From Candidatus Melainabacteria bacterium 17Bon1m (GTDB lineage: Bacteria > Cyanobacteriota > Vampirovibrionia > Obscuribacterales > Obscuribacteraceae): 64,000 nucleotides of DNA. The DNA lies in the NCBI GenBank assembly GCA_032128875.1, contig JAVLKG010000002.1:224001-288000 (forward strand), given 5' to 3'. Positions 55,944 to 64,000 of the stretch are shown here, piece after piece (the stretch's first letter is position 1; each line of letters opens with the position of its first letter). Under the pieces are notes generated by a model, which searched no databases, had not been told where the DNA came from, and saw only the letters and a program-made list of their open reading frames with translations. Position numbers and translations under genes: made by a program.

Positions 55944-57800
55944 CTAATTTTTCTTTTTCTTGGTTAGTTTCTGTCCGGAAGCGTTGTTCTGTGCTGCTAC
56001 CCGGAACCGAATGCTGACCGCTGAACCGTTTTGCAGGTAAGTTCCGGGCATTCCCGTGCCGGTGGGATACGACACGATGGTTGGTCCTGGAGTGGTCGCT
56101 CCTCCGAAGTCATCTCGTGGACCGAAGGAAGCAGGAGGCAGACCACCGCTTGATGAGGCGTTTGCGCTGCCACCACTGCTGGCGCCGTCGCCGAATCCGC
56201 CCATATTTCCGAACCTGAATTTGAAGTTGTCTCGTCCCGTGGCAATTAGATTGCTCGTATTCTTGTGGCAAATGGATTTGAACGAACTGCCTGGAGCCAG
56301 TGCAACAAGTGGATTTGAAAGCGGGCGACCGCCGTGATTGCCACCATTGATGGTGCCAAGTTCTGCTACCTGATCGCGAATGTATACGTCCCAGTCTGCA
56401 GGCGAGCTGCTTTTCCCTGCTGTTGTAGTGGCAATACTCTTGCTTTCTGCATACATTTGCTTGTGACTTACTGCTTCGAATGGCTCTGGGTCGATCAAAA
56501 CCAGCTTCTGCGTGATATTGCCATTCGCGTCAACTCTGAAGATGTCCATGTAACCAGTAGTGAATGGTCCCGATGCACCAGCGGTGAGAAGCGGGTCTGT
56601 GAGCATGTCAACAGCGTCCTGGGCATTTAACTTGGTTCCTGATAGCCGGAGCCAGTCGTAGAATGATCCGGAAAAGACGTTTTTGATTGTCGATGATCCC
56701 GGTCCACTCCAACTGTTTGGGGTCATTGCTGTGCCGCCCGGATTTGGGAAGTCGTCCGTGGATGGCGTTTTTATGGTCATGATCGGAGCGCCTGCCAGTG
56801 CAGGAGAGTTGAGGATGTCGTATGGTGTCGCGATGAATGGTGGTTTTCCATCCGGAAAGGCGATGCTCAATGTACCCGGTGCCGGTTTGGGGTCGAATAC
56901 GCTGGCCGCCGTCGCAGCCGCCGAAATGTGAACGATTCGGTTTTTGTCATACATCTGGTCCGCTTCGGCCTTAACGACTGACGGGATGGTATAGGGCAGA
57001 CCCGTCGACCCGGTCTGGAATTGCTGTGTGTTCACCAATTTGATGTTGTTGCTGATACTGCCAAAGACAAAGTCTTCTCCATCGTAGGGACAATTGATCT
57101 CTGATACGTAAAAACCTGAGCGGCTCTGATTCGTAGAATCTACAAGTGCCCACGAATTCGGCTTGGGAAGTGGGATATTAGTCTGCACGCCCTGGGAGAG
57201 GCTGCCTAAAGTGAGCTTCAGTGAACCTTTGACATATCGGGAGTCGCCGGTCATGCGCACTTTGTTTTCTTCATAGGCTTTTTCTGCGCTTGCGTACGGC
57301 TCTACGAGAGCACCGTCAATATCCTTGCCTGAGCCTCCCGGTTGTATCGCTGCCTGCAGGGCGGTGACAAGCTTGTCTTTGGCCAACTTCAGGTTGGCAA
57401 GATCTTGCTTGCAGAAGTATTTCATCGTCGCATTGTTTGTTTTGTCGGCGATGATTAGGTCGAGTCTCAGCGTTCCGACGACGGTATTCAACCCGCATAC
57501 AGGCAAACTGAAGCCGTCTGCCGCTGCCGTAGCACTGCCTACTGGGGCAGCATCGGATAAACCTATGTATCCGAAAGTGGCGTCATTGATGACGATTCTT
57601 CCAAGGTCTTTCGCCGCGGCAATGGAGGCTGCTTCGATGGCAGTTTTCTGCTCCTGGTTGCCACCAATCAGTCTTGTGTACGAGAGAGCGAACAGAAGAA
57701 TCAGTATGAGAACACTGGCGGTGACAGCGGCAACAAGTGCGAGAGTGTTTCCCGCTGCCTTTCTTCCCGTACGATAAATTTGTGAGAGCGACACATTCAT
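55944..57800 (-). CDS. TadG/pseudopilin-like N-terminus with a large extracellular domain
   Basis: Basic leader, Gly, hydrophobic helix, then EQKTAIEAASIAAA. Confidence 0.6.
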   Translation of the reverse strand: MNVSLSQIYRTGRKAAGNTLALVAAVTASVLILILLFALSYTRLIGGNQEQKTAIEAASIAAAKDLGRIVINDATFGYIGLSDAAPVGSATAAADGFSLPVCGLNTVVGTLRLDLIIADKTNNATMKYFCKQDLANLKLAKDKLVTALQAAIQPGGSGKDIDGALVEPYASAEKAYEENKVRMTGDSRYVKGSLKLTLGSLSQGVQTNIPLPKPNSWALVDSTNQSRSGFYVSEINCPYDGEDFVFGSISNNIKLVNTQQFQTGSTGLPYTIPSVVKAEADQMYDKNRIVHISAAATAASVFDPKPAPGTLSIAFPDGKPPFIATPYDILNSPALAGAPIMTIKTPSTDDFPNPGGTAMTPNSWSGPGSSTIKNVFSGSFYDWLRLSGTKLNAQDAVDMLTDPLLTAGASGPFTTGYMDIFRVDANGNITQKLVLIDPEPFEAVSHKQMYAESKSIATTTAGKSSSPADWDVYIRDQVAELGTINGGNHGGRPLSNPLVALAPGSSFKSICHKNTSNLIATGRDNFKFRFGNMGGFGDGASSGGSANASSSGGLPPASFGPRDDFGGATTPGPTIVSYPTGTGMPGTYLQNGSAVSIRFRVAAQNNASGQKLTKKKKN

Positions 57801-58114
57801 AAATCATCCTCGAAAAAGAAAATACTTCACCTGACAAGGGTCGACGTTCCAGTCGAACGGACATATCAGGCGATTTCGACGGCTTTGCGGGTTCCTGCAA
57901 CCAATCTATGGGTGAATGCAAATTTCAACATCCCGCCAGGGGGGGATGGTATGAATGCTATTGAAGAACGCCCGTTCAGCCACTCCCCGAGCGATTGAAA
58001 AACGCCGAATCGTCTTTGTGGCGCAGCGTTTTCAACTTCGAATGAAAATTGTGCGGCAAATCATGAAGGATAATCGCGTATAACGGCGACTTTTGCGGCA
58101 GGGAGATCGCGTGC

Positions 58115-58990
58115 GTGTCTGATAAACAAAGCGGCGGGTTCCCAGGCTTCAGTGAAACGGAGAATCGTTTCGTCAGCTCTCTTTCACCTGTGTTCGCGGC
58201 GAAACTGATGTTTGGCGTGATCGGGCTACTGGGCGTATGCCATGCGGTCAACTATTACATAAAGAAAAGCGAGATAGAGTTTTTTGGTGGCGGTTATTTC
58301 TACAGATTCTTCGATTTGAATCTGGAACAGAATATTCCAGCGTGGTATGCGTCAGTTCTTTGGTTTATGGTGTTTCAGCTGTCGTTGCTCAATTATCTTT
58401 TGGAGCGCCTGCGGCGTGACCGAAAACCACACTCCTGGGTGTGGTTGTTCTTCGCGATACTGTTTGTTGTTGCTTCTGCCGACGAGGTGGCCACAATACA
58501 TGAGCATGTCGGGTCTTTGCTTCAGGATCTCGTGGTACCAACTCTTCGGGCGCAGATTGCCACTTACTTTGTCAGACATGGATTTAGTCCCGAATCTTTC
58601 GTCGTGCATTTTTCCACCTCGAAGTCTCCATGGGTGTTGTTTTATGCTCCGTTTCTGATTGCTGCCGGAGGATTTTGCTGGCTTTTCCTTTGGCGGCGGT
58701 TTTCTTGCAGTCGTAACTTGCGCCTTCTTATGATCCTTGCTGCCGTGTGCTACCTGGTTGCAGAGTCCTTCGACTTTATTCAAGGAATGCGCAGTCCGCC
58801 TGTCGCCATGTTTCCTCAACCACTTGGGTTGGATTGGCCCACTTTCCTTGATCTGACAGTGATGGTTGAAGAATTGCTTGAAGATGCCGGCTCCGCGTTT
58901 ATAATTCTGGCCCTACTCCAGTACTTTTGTGCCGGATTTGTTGAACCTATTCCAGAAGGGACTTCGAGTGAAGATCAAGCAGCCCTCTGA
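58115..58990 (+). CDS. Multi-pass membrane protein with conserved-looking acidic/His motifs
   Basis: FDLNLEQNIPAWY, DEVATIHE, EELLE; 6-7 TM segments. Confidence 0.75.
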   Translation: MSDKQSGGFPGFSETENRFVSSLSPVFAAKLMFGVIGLLGVCHAVNYYIKKSEIEFFGGGYFYRFFDLNLEQNIPAWYASVLWFMVFQLSLLNYLLERLRRDRKPHSWVWLFFAILFVVASADEVATIHEHVGSLLQDLVVPTLRAQIATYFVRHGFSPESFVVHFSTSKSPWVLFYAPFLIAAGGFCWLFLWRRFSCSRNLRLLMILAAVCYLVAESFDFIQGMRSPPVAMFPQPLGLDWPTFLDLTVMVEELLEDAGSAFIILALLQYFCAGFVEPIPEGTSSEDQAAL

Positions 58991-59651
58991 GTGCCGCACT
59001 CTTACGCAGGTGTCAGGCGTTCTGATTGTAAGTATTTTCATCCTGCCTGTTTTTTTCACCTGCGCTTGTTCGGCCAGCAAGGAAATAGTGGTGAAAAGAG
59101 CGAAAGAATCAATAGAACGGCATACTTACGACCAAGGCAGTCGACCGGAAAGTAGAGTTGCTTCACACCCTTCCGACGAAGCAAATACGCACTGGGAATT
59201 TGAGTTCGTCCCGGAGATTGGCGTGGAGCGAATTAGTCTAACGCGGGCGAACAATCAGTTCGTATCAGTCGTTCGTGTTAAGAGGGTAGAAGTTCAGCTG
59301 GGATTGCCGATTCAAGTGTGGTTACCGGCGAGCGTCACACCTAAGGTTTCTGCACACGAAGGTGGGCATATCGAAATTTGCAGATACTTTTATTCAGATG
59401 CCGAGCGCAGTGCTCATATAGCAGCCGAAGGCATTTTCAATCGCGAATTTTCCGGTACTGGCTCTACCGAAACTGAGAGCATGCAGAATGCAGTGGAGTC
59501 AGCAGGCGCAGCGCTGGCCGCTCCATTTCGAAATTCGGTCGTTTTGCCTGCAAGCAGAGCCAGCGCTATCTATGATGACTTGACGAAACATGGGCAGGCT
59601 GGGACAGAAGTTGAGGCGGCGGTCAGAGCTGCGATTGCACAAGCAAAGTAA
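58929..59651 (+). CDS. Putative exported zinc peptidase, DUF922-like (true start probably later)
   Basis: AHEGGH (HExxH) and YDDLTKHG; lipoprotein-like signal. Confidence 0.6.
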   Translation: MPDLLNLFQKGLRVKIKQPSECRTLTQVSGVLIVSIFILPVFFTCACSASKEIVVKRAKESIERHTYDQGSRPESRVASHPSDEANTHWEFEFVPEIGVERISLTRANNQFVSVVRVKRVEVQLGLPIQVWLPASVTPKVSAHEGGHIEICRYFYSDAERSAHIAAEGIFNREFSGTGSTETESMQNAVESAGAALAAPFRNSVVLPASRASAIYDDLTKHGQAGTEVEAAVRAAIAQAK

Positions 59652-59795
59652 GTTTTGCTGGGAGAAGAGTGAGAAATGTTGTCTGCACAACCAAATTCGA
59701 CGGCTTCGGACACAAGAAAGTTAAATCAGCGTCACCAATAATATTGGCGCCGTTCCATTTGCGCCTGAATAGGGAAAGCTCAAGATAGAGCAAGC

Positions 59796-60431
59796 GTGAG
59801 GTGCCTTTCGATGAACCGCAATAGCAATGCACATGACAGGGCTCGCAAAGAGAGTAATGTCAAAGAATGGGTCATGTCGATGATGGCGCTGACGTGTTTG
59901 ATATTTCCATCGGCGGCACTGGCTGATGATGATGCTATGCAAAGCTCGGGTTCCACGCGTATTCAAGTCCAACGACGTGACCCACTCAAGGCTGGTGCAT
60001 CAGTTGATCGAGATCTTGGCACGCTCAACAATGATGAAGCTTCGAAGCTGCGAGCCATTTTTGCGCAGCAAGCTGATGGTAACAAACCAGCCAATCTACA
60101 TGGAAATGCGGCTCAGGAAGATACCAACTTTAGAGGGCAAACGCCCATGTTGGACAGGGTTTTTAAGGGACCGAACAACCAGAATTTTTTCAAAGCCAAA
60201 GCCCAAGAACAAGGCTCGGATAATGCGCCCTACATTTGGTGCCAAAGCGCGGGCGGTGGTTATTATGACTGCACCAACACTTATAAAGGAACTGTTCCCG
60301 GTTATAGGCTGAGAGAGCTAGGCGGCAAATTCGTTGATGGTACGCCAGTTCCCAAAGGTGCAGTGAAAATGAATGAGGCTGGCCACGTGTGGTGGCAAAA
60401 CGGCTTGAGCCCGAGTTTCAAGCACTACTAA
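59796..60431 (+). CDS. Secreted hypothetical protein
   Basis: Signal peptide ending ALA-D; start may be later. Confidence 0.65.
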   Translation: MRCLSMNRNSNAHDRARKESNVKEWVMSMMALTCLIFPSAALADDDAMQSSGSTRIQVQRRDPLKAGASVDRDLGTLNNDEASKLRAIFAQQADGNKPANLHGNAAQEDTNFRGQTPMLDRVFKGPNNQNFFKAKAQEQGSDNAPYIWCQSAGGGYYDCTNTYKGTVPGYRLRELGGKFVDGTPVPKGAVKMNEAGHVWWQNGLSPSFKHY

Positions 60432-60438
60432 AGAGTTC

Positions 60439-60459
60439 GGTCGATGCCATGCGTCGACG
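60439..60459 (+). repeat. Degenerate REP-like palindrome
   Basis: GGTCGATGCCATGCGTCGAC matches the CCATGCGTCGAC core of the copies at 76-100 and 5413-5438. Confidence 0.55.
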
Positions 60460-60482
60460 GTGGCTAAATAGACCAGCCGTTT

Positions 60483-61358
60483 TCAACGATGAGCAGCCGC
60501 GAATTTATCTGCCTGGATTTGTTGTAGCAGAACTTTGATATGTTCGATTTCGTTGCGATTCGCCGGAAATTTTCGTACCGCAATTTCTTGCGCCGCGACT
60601 AGCTTTTCCTCAGCTTCGGTCATCTTCTTCAACTGCAGCAATGCTATACCTTGAGCTTTTAAGCACAGCATCATTTGTTCCGGTCGCTCTGGATCTGACG
60701 AGCTGCAGACTTCTTCCACCATTCTCAGATATTGCAAAGCGCGCTTGGGATTGTTGAATGGCGGCGACAAGTAAGTCTCTGCAAGCCATATTAGACATTG
60801 CGATGTTTCTACGGATAAGGAGCCATTGAGAGCTTGCGAGCAGCTAAGAGACTGCTGAAATTGATCTTCTGCTTGCGTGAATTTTTTATTGACGTAGCTG
60901 AAGATGCCTTCTCTCTCGAGAATTTCGCACGTTATTTTTTCTTCTTCGAGGTGGTGTTCGATCACAACTGCCTTTGCTTTTTCGAGTGGTGCAAGGGCTT
61001 TATCCCATTGCCCATTTTCTCGGTATAGGTCAGAGAGGCTGACCAGCCATGTTGCCTTTTGAATCCAATCATTGGATTTTGAACTCTCCATCAGTTGGAG
61101 AGCTTTCTCCGTCTGCTCAATTGCTTCTTGCCGCTTACCTGCCGCTTTGGCTGTGGTCGCTAAAAAGAGAAAAGAGTTGAGCTGGTGTTGAACTTTGAGA
61201 GGCGGTGTTTTTGCCTCTTCAATCTGAGGTGAGCCAACGCGAAAGAACATCGCTACCAGCACTACCATGCCGAGTACAAGTGCAAGTCCGGCGAGGAGTG
61301 GTAGATTTGCTCTCACCCGTTTTCTTGGCGATTGGTTCGATGTGGGTGTCTGGACCAT
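60483..61358 (-). CDS. Membrane-anchored TPR protein
   Basis: N-terminal TM helix, TPR repeats; start overlaps the ftsY stop. Confidence 0.8.
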   Translation of the reverse strand: MVQTPTSNQSPRKRVRANLPLLAGLALVLGMVVLVAMFFRVGSPQIEEAKTPPLKVQHQLNSFLFLATTAKAAGKRQEAIEQTEKALQLMESSKSNDWIQKATWLVSLSDLYRENGQWDKALAPLEKAKAVVIEHHLEEEKITCEILEREGIFSYVNKKFTQAEDQFQQSLSCSQALNGSLSVETSQCLIWLAETYLSPPFNNPKRALQYLRMVEEVCSSSDPERPEQMMLCLKAQGIALLQLKKMTEAEEKLVAAQEIAVRKFPANRNEIEHIKVLLQQIQADKFAAAHR

Positions 61359-62464
61359 TAACCAAACAGTGCTTCTACAAACAGCTCCGGCTCAAAGTCT
61401 CTGAGGTCGTCCATCTTTTCGCCCAGTCCAATTAATTTGACCGGAATATTGAGCTCTGATGAGATTCCAAAAACGATGCCACCTTTGGCGGTGCCATCAA
61501 GCTTTGTCAAAATTACGCCTGTCAAAGGACATACTTCCGTGAAGACTTCAGCCTGTTTCATGCCATTTTGACCAGTGGAGGCATCCAGCACGAGGAGTGA
61601 CTCGAGAGGCAAGCCTTTGCCGTGCTTTTCGATGACGTTGCGGATTTTTCCGAGCTCAGCCATTAAATTTGTTTTGTTATGCAGACGACCCGCAGTGTCG
61701 ATAATGATGACGTCGTAATTTTCGTCTTTAGCTTTGTTGAGGGCTTGGAAAACTACAGCACCCGGATCAGAGCCGTCAGGTAGTCGGCAAATGTCTACCT
61801 GAGCGCGTTCTGCCCAGATTTCCAATTGCGACTCTGCGGCTGCTCTAAAAGTATCGGCTGCGGCAACAAGAACCTTCTTGCCTTGCGAACGGAAACGATA
61901 GCAGAGCTTGCCGATACTGGTGGTTTTGCCTGTGCCGTTGACGCCAACAATCAAATAGAGATTGAGCTTGCCTTCCTTGTATTGAAGCTTGTGCTGCGGG
62001 GCGTTTTTAAGTGTTTTCGCAAATTCCGTCTTGAGGAAATCTTCGACGTCATTGGACATCCAGTTTTTGCCTTTTGCTTCTTTGCGCAAATGTTCGACCA
62101 TGGTTTCGGCCGTCTTCACACCGATGTCGGCTTTGATCAATTTTTCTTCCAGCTCTTCTAAATAGTCGCCATCAATTGGGCGCGGAGCGGACTTTGCACG
62201 TGATGATGAAAATTGCGGCGGGCTCAATGTGCTTACATTGTTTGGCACATTTGAGCCGGAAGCGTTATGGGAAACTTCGGAGGCCGGCGCAGCAACATGT
62301 GTGTCACTTGCGTCTGCTTCTTGAAACTCTTCGGATTCCTCTACCGATTCGCGGTCGAGAACATCATCTACAACCTCATGGCGAGTGCGTTTGAGGGCAG
62401 ACTTTAACTTCGACAGCGTCGAGCCCCAAAAGCCGGATTTTTCCTTCTTATCTTCGTCGTCCAT
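61358..62464 (-). CDS. ftsY: Signal recognition particle receptor FtsY
   Basis: [36 protein letters not shown]. Confidence 0.97.
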   Translation of the reverse strand: MDDEDKKEKSGFWGSTLSKLKSALKRTRHEVVDDVLDRESVEESEEFQEADASDTHVAAPASEVSHNASGSNVPNNVSTLSPPQFSSSRAKSAPRPIDGDYLEELEEKLIKADIGVKTAETMVEHLRKEAKGKNWMSNDVEDFLKTEFAKTLKNAPQHKLQYKEGKLNLYLIVGVNGTGKTTSIGKLCYRFRSQGKKVLVAAADTFRAAAESQLEIWAERAQVDICRLPDGSDPGAVVFQALNKAKDENYDVIIIDTAGRLHNKTNLMAELGKIRNVIEKHGKGLPLESLLVLDASTGQNGMKQAEVFTEVCPLTGVILTKLDGTAKGGIVFGISSELNIPVKLIGLGEKMDDLRDFEPELFVEALFG

Positions 62465-62473
62465 GACTTGTAC

Positions 62474-63286
62474 CTAGAGTGTTGTTTCTTCCAACGATTC
62501 GCCTCGCTGCTCTGCTGCTGCTACCTGAGCGGCATTGCGAATGTACTCCGGGAATTCGCCGGTGTTTCGGAATGTTTTGGCTTGCTCTGCAAGATCTGCA
62601 AGAACACCGTTGACGAATTTCGCTGCTTTTTCGTCAGCGAAGCGGTGGCACAATTCAACAGCTTCGCTGATAGCCACATTGATTGGCACTTCGTGAATGA
62701 AGAAAGCTTCTGCGCATGCGAGTCTGAGAATGTCTCTGTCGATAGAAACCATTCTGTCGACGTTCCACTTCGAACGCGTAGATTTGATGTACTCGTCGAT
62801 TTCTGCCTTGTGATCGATATAAGCATTAAGAAGCTTGATCAGGAAATCGCGAATTTCAGCATGCGAATATTTTTCGAATGTGGCCCTATTTGTGTGACCA
62901 CATTGTTTGCAAGGAATGTTGATTGATGAGCTGCCACTGGCGAGCGTCATTTCCGGAACATCCAGCGCTTCTGCGACTAAATGCAGTGCTCTTTCCACCT
63001 GAGCAATTTGCTCTCTCAATTGTTCGGTCGTGAATTGAACCGGCTTCAACACCTGCGTGGAGCGGGCATTGTCCTGGTGTTCTGCTTCGATGTTGTGCAA
63101 TTCGAAATTGGTCTTTTCGAGAATCGCGCCGGCGTCCAAAAGGTTTTGCTTGGCATAATCGGCCAGCATTCTCACTGTCTTTTCGACGAGTGCGCCCATC
63201 TCAAGCGCTTCGCCACCCTCCTTTGTCTTAGGGAGCTGTGGCATTAGGATAACTGCAATTTCGCGGGCAACGCGCCGGGCTGTCAT
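62474..63286 (-). CDS. nusB: Transcription antitermination factor NusB, long form
   Basis: ARRVARE..., W..DR...IDRDILRLA, VAISEAVEL, KFVNGVL. Confidence 0.93.
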   Translation of the reverse strand: MTARRVAREIAVILMPQLPKTKEGGEALEMGALVEKTVRMLADYAKQNLLDAGAILEKTNFELHNIEAEHQDNARSTQVLKPVQFTTEQLREQIAQVERALHLVAEALDVPEMTLASGSSSINIPCKQCGHTNRATFEKYSHAEIRDFLIKLLNAYIDHKAEIDEYIKSTRSKWNVDRMVSIDRDILRLACAEAFFIHEVPINVAISEAVELCHRFADEKAAKFVNGVLADLAEQAKTFRNTGEFPEYIRNAAQVAAAEQRGESLEETTL

Positions 63287-63424
63287 GATCGGTCACTCAT
63301 ATATGGGATGCCAGTAGAAGCAAGTTGCCATGTTACCATGGTCCGGTGTTCAGCTGATTATGTTATGGACCGGCTCTTCATGCCTTAGTTCTAGATTATA
63401 AGTCGGCTTCAGGCGGAGCGAATT

Positions 63425-64000
63425 TTGCGTATTACGGGCGGTACAGCAAGAGGTAGGAGCGTCGAAAGTCCAATTGGGCTGGACGTTCGCCCTACGGGCG
63501 CGAAAGTTCGCCAGGCCCTTTTCAATATTCTTGCCTTTCGCATGAATGGAGCTAGATTTCTCGATATCTGTGCCGGGACGGGGCTGGTTGGTATCGAAGC
63601 GTTAAGCAGAGGCGCCGGGACGCTTGTTTCGATCGAGGAAAACCGGGCTGTGGCGAAAGCCGTAGACAACAGTCTCAAAAAGCTCAAGCTGGACGGCGAA
63701 GTAATTTGCGGCGATTGGAAACGTGTATTGCCAATTCTCGAGCCAAAATCCTTCGACATAATTTTTGCTGACCCGCCGTACAAATCTCCATATATCAAGG
63801 ACATACCGTTGTCAGTGGAAAAGTACGACCTTCTGGCCGATGGTGGGCTCTTGGTAATCGAACACCTGAAGGGATATAAGTTCTCGCAAGAGTGCACGGT
63901 ATTGTCTCTTCAGTCGACGCGCAATTATGGCCAAACTTGTTTGTCCTTCTTTTCAAAAAGCGAAGTTAGCCAGCGAGATCAAAGAGGCGAAAAAGGGCAA
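63425..64000 (+). CDS. rsmD: 16S rRNA m2G966 methyltransferase RsmD; runs off the window end and is absent from the ORF track
   Basis: TTG start after GGAG; MRITGGTARGR...RPTGAKVRQALFN...LDICAGTG...EALSRGA...FADPPY...RNYG; no stop before 64000. Confidence 0.92.
   Translation, partial: MRITGGTARGRSVESPIGLDVRPTGAKVRQALFNILAFRMNGARFLDICAGTGLVGIEALSRGAGTLVSIEENRAVAKAVDNSLKKLKLDGEVICGDWKRVLPILEPKSFDIIFADPPYKSPYIKDIPLSVEKYDLLADGGLLVIEHLKGYKFSQECTVLSLQSTRNYGQTCLSFFSKSEVSQRDQRGEKGQ

Noticed and set aside
63409-63897. 162-aa minus-strand ORF
   Set aside because: Antisense shadow of rsmD, which the track missed because it has no stop within the window.

Overview
64 kb of bacterial chromosome (roughly 50% GC by eye) with no CRISPR array, integrase or transposase visible. 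Gene content points to a non-photosynthetic cyanobacterial relative (Melainabacteria/Vampirovibrionia, Obscuribacterales-like); this is inferred from an unsplit DnaE carrying the cyanobacterial AEY|CFN junction, a long NusB, and many Ser/Thr kinases and TPR proteins. Core genes: aroA, aroC-aroB-pheA, a DAHP synthase plus chorismate mutase/prephenate dehydrogenase operon, speD, dnaE, ruvA, tRNA-Pro(CGG), an acyl-CoA synthetase, ftsY, nusB and a truncated rsmD. The main finding is a tandem double ribosome-mediated attenuator in front of the DAHP synthase operon, not shown in the ORF track: a TTGACA-17-TACTAT promoter, leader peptide 1 (MSNFGFYFWYFEVRQG) with antiterminator and terminator, then leader peptide 2 (...STSYYWYFFFFAGGTPGQV) with a second antiterminator and terminator-like hairpin. 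Both leaders contain Phe, Tyr and Trp codons. Other observations: a GTAG-type REP family (one copy supplies the aroA stop codon), two kinases with a reciprocal Lys/Thr swap at conserved catalytic positions, a proteasome-beta/HslV-like protease with a histone-H1-like tail, and degenerate GGDEF proteins, one next to an MshEN-like protein.
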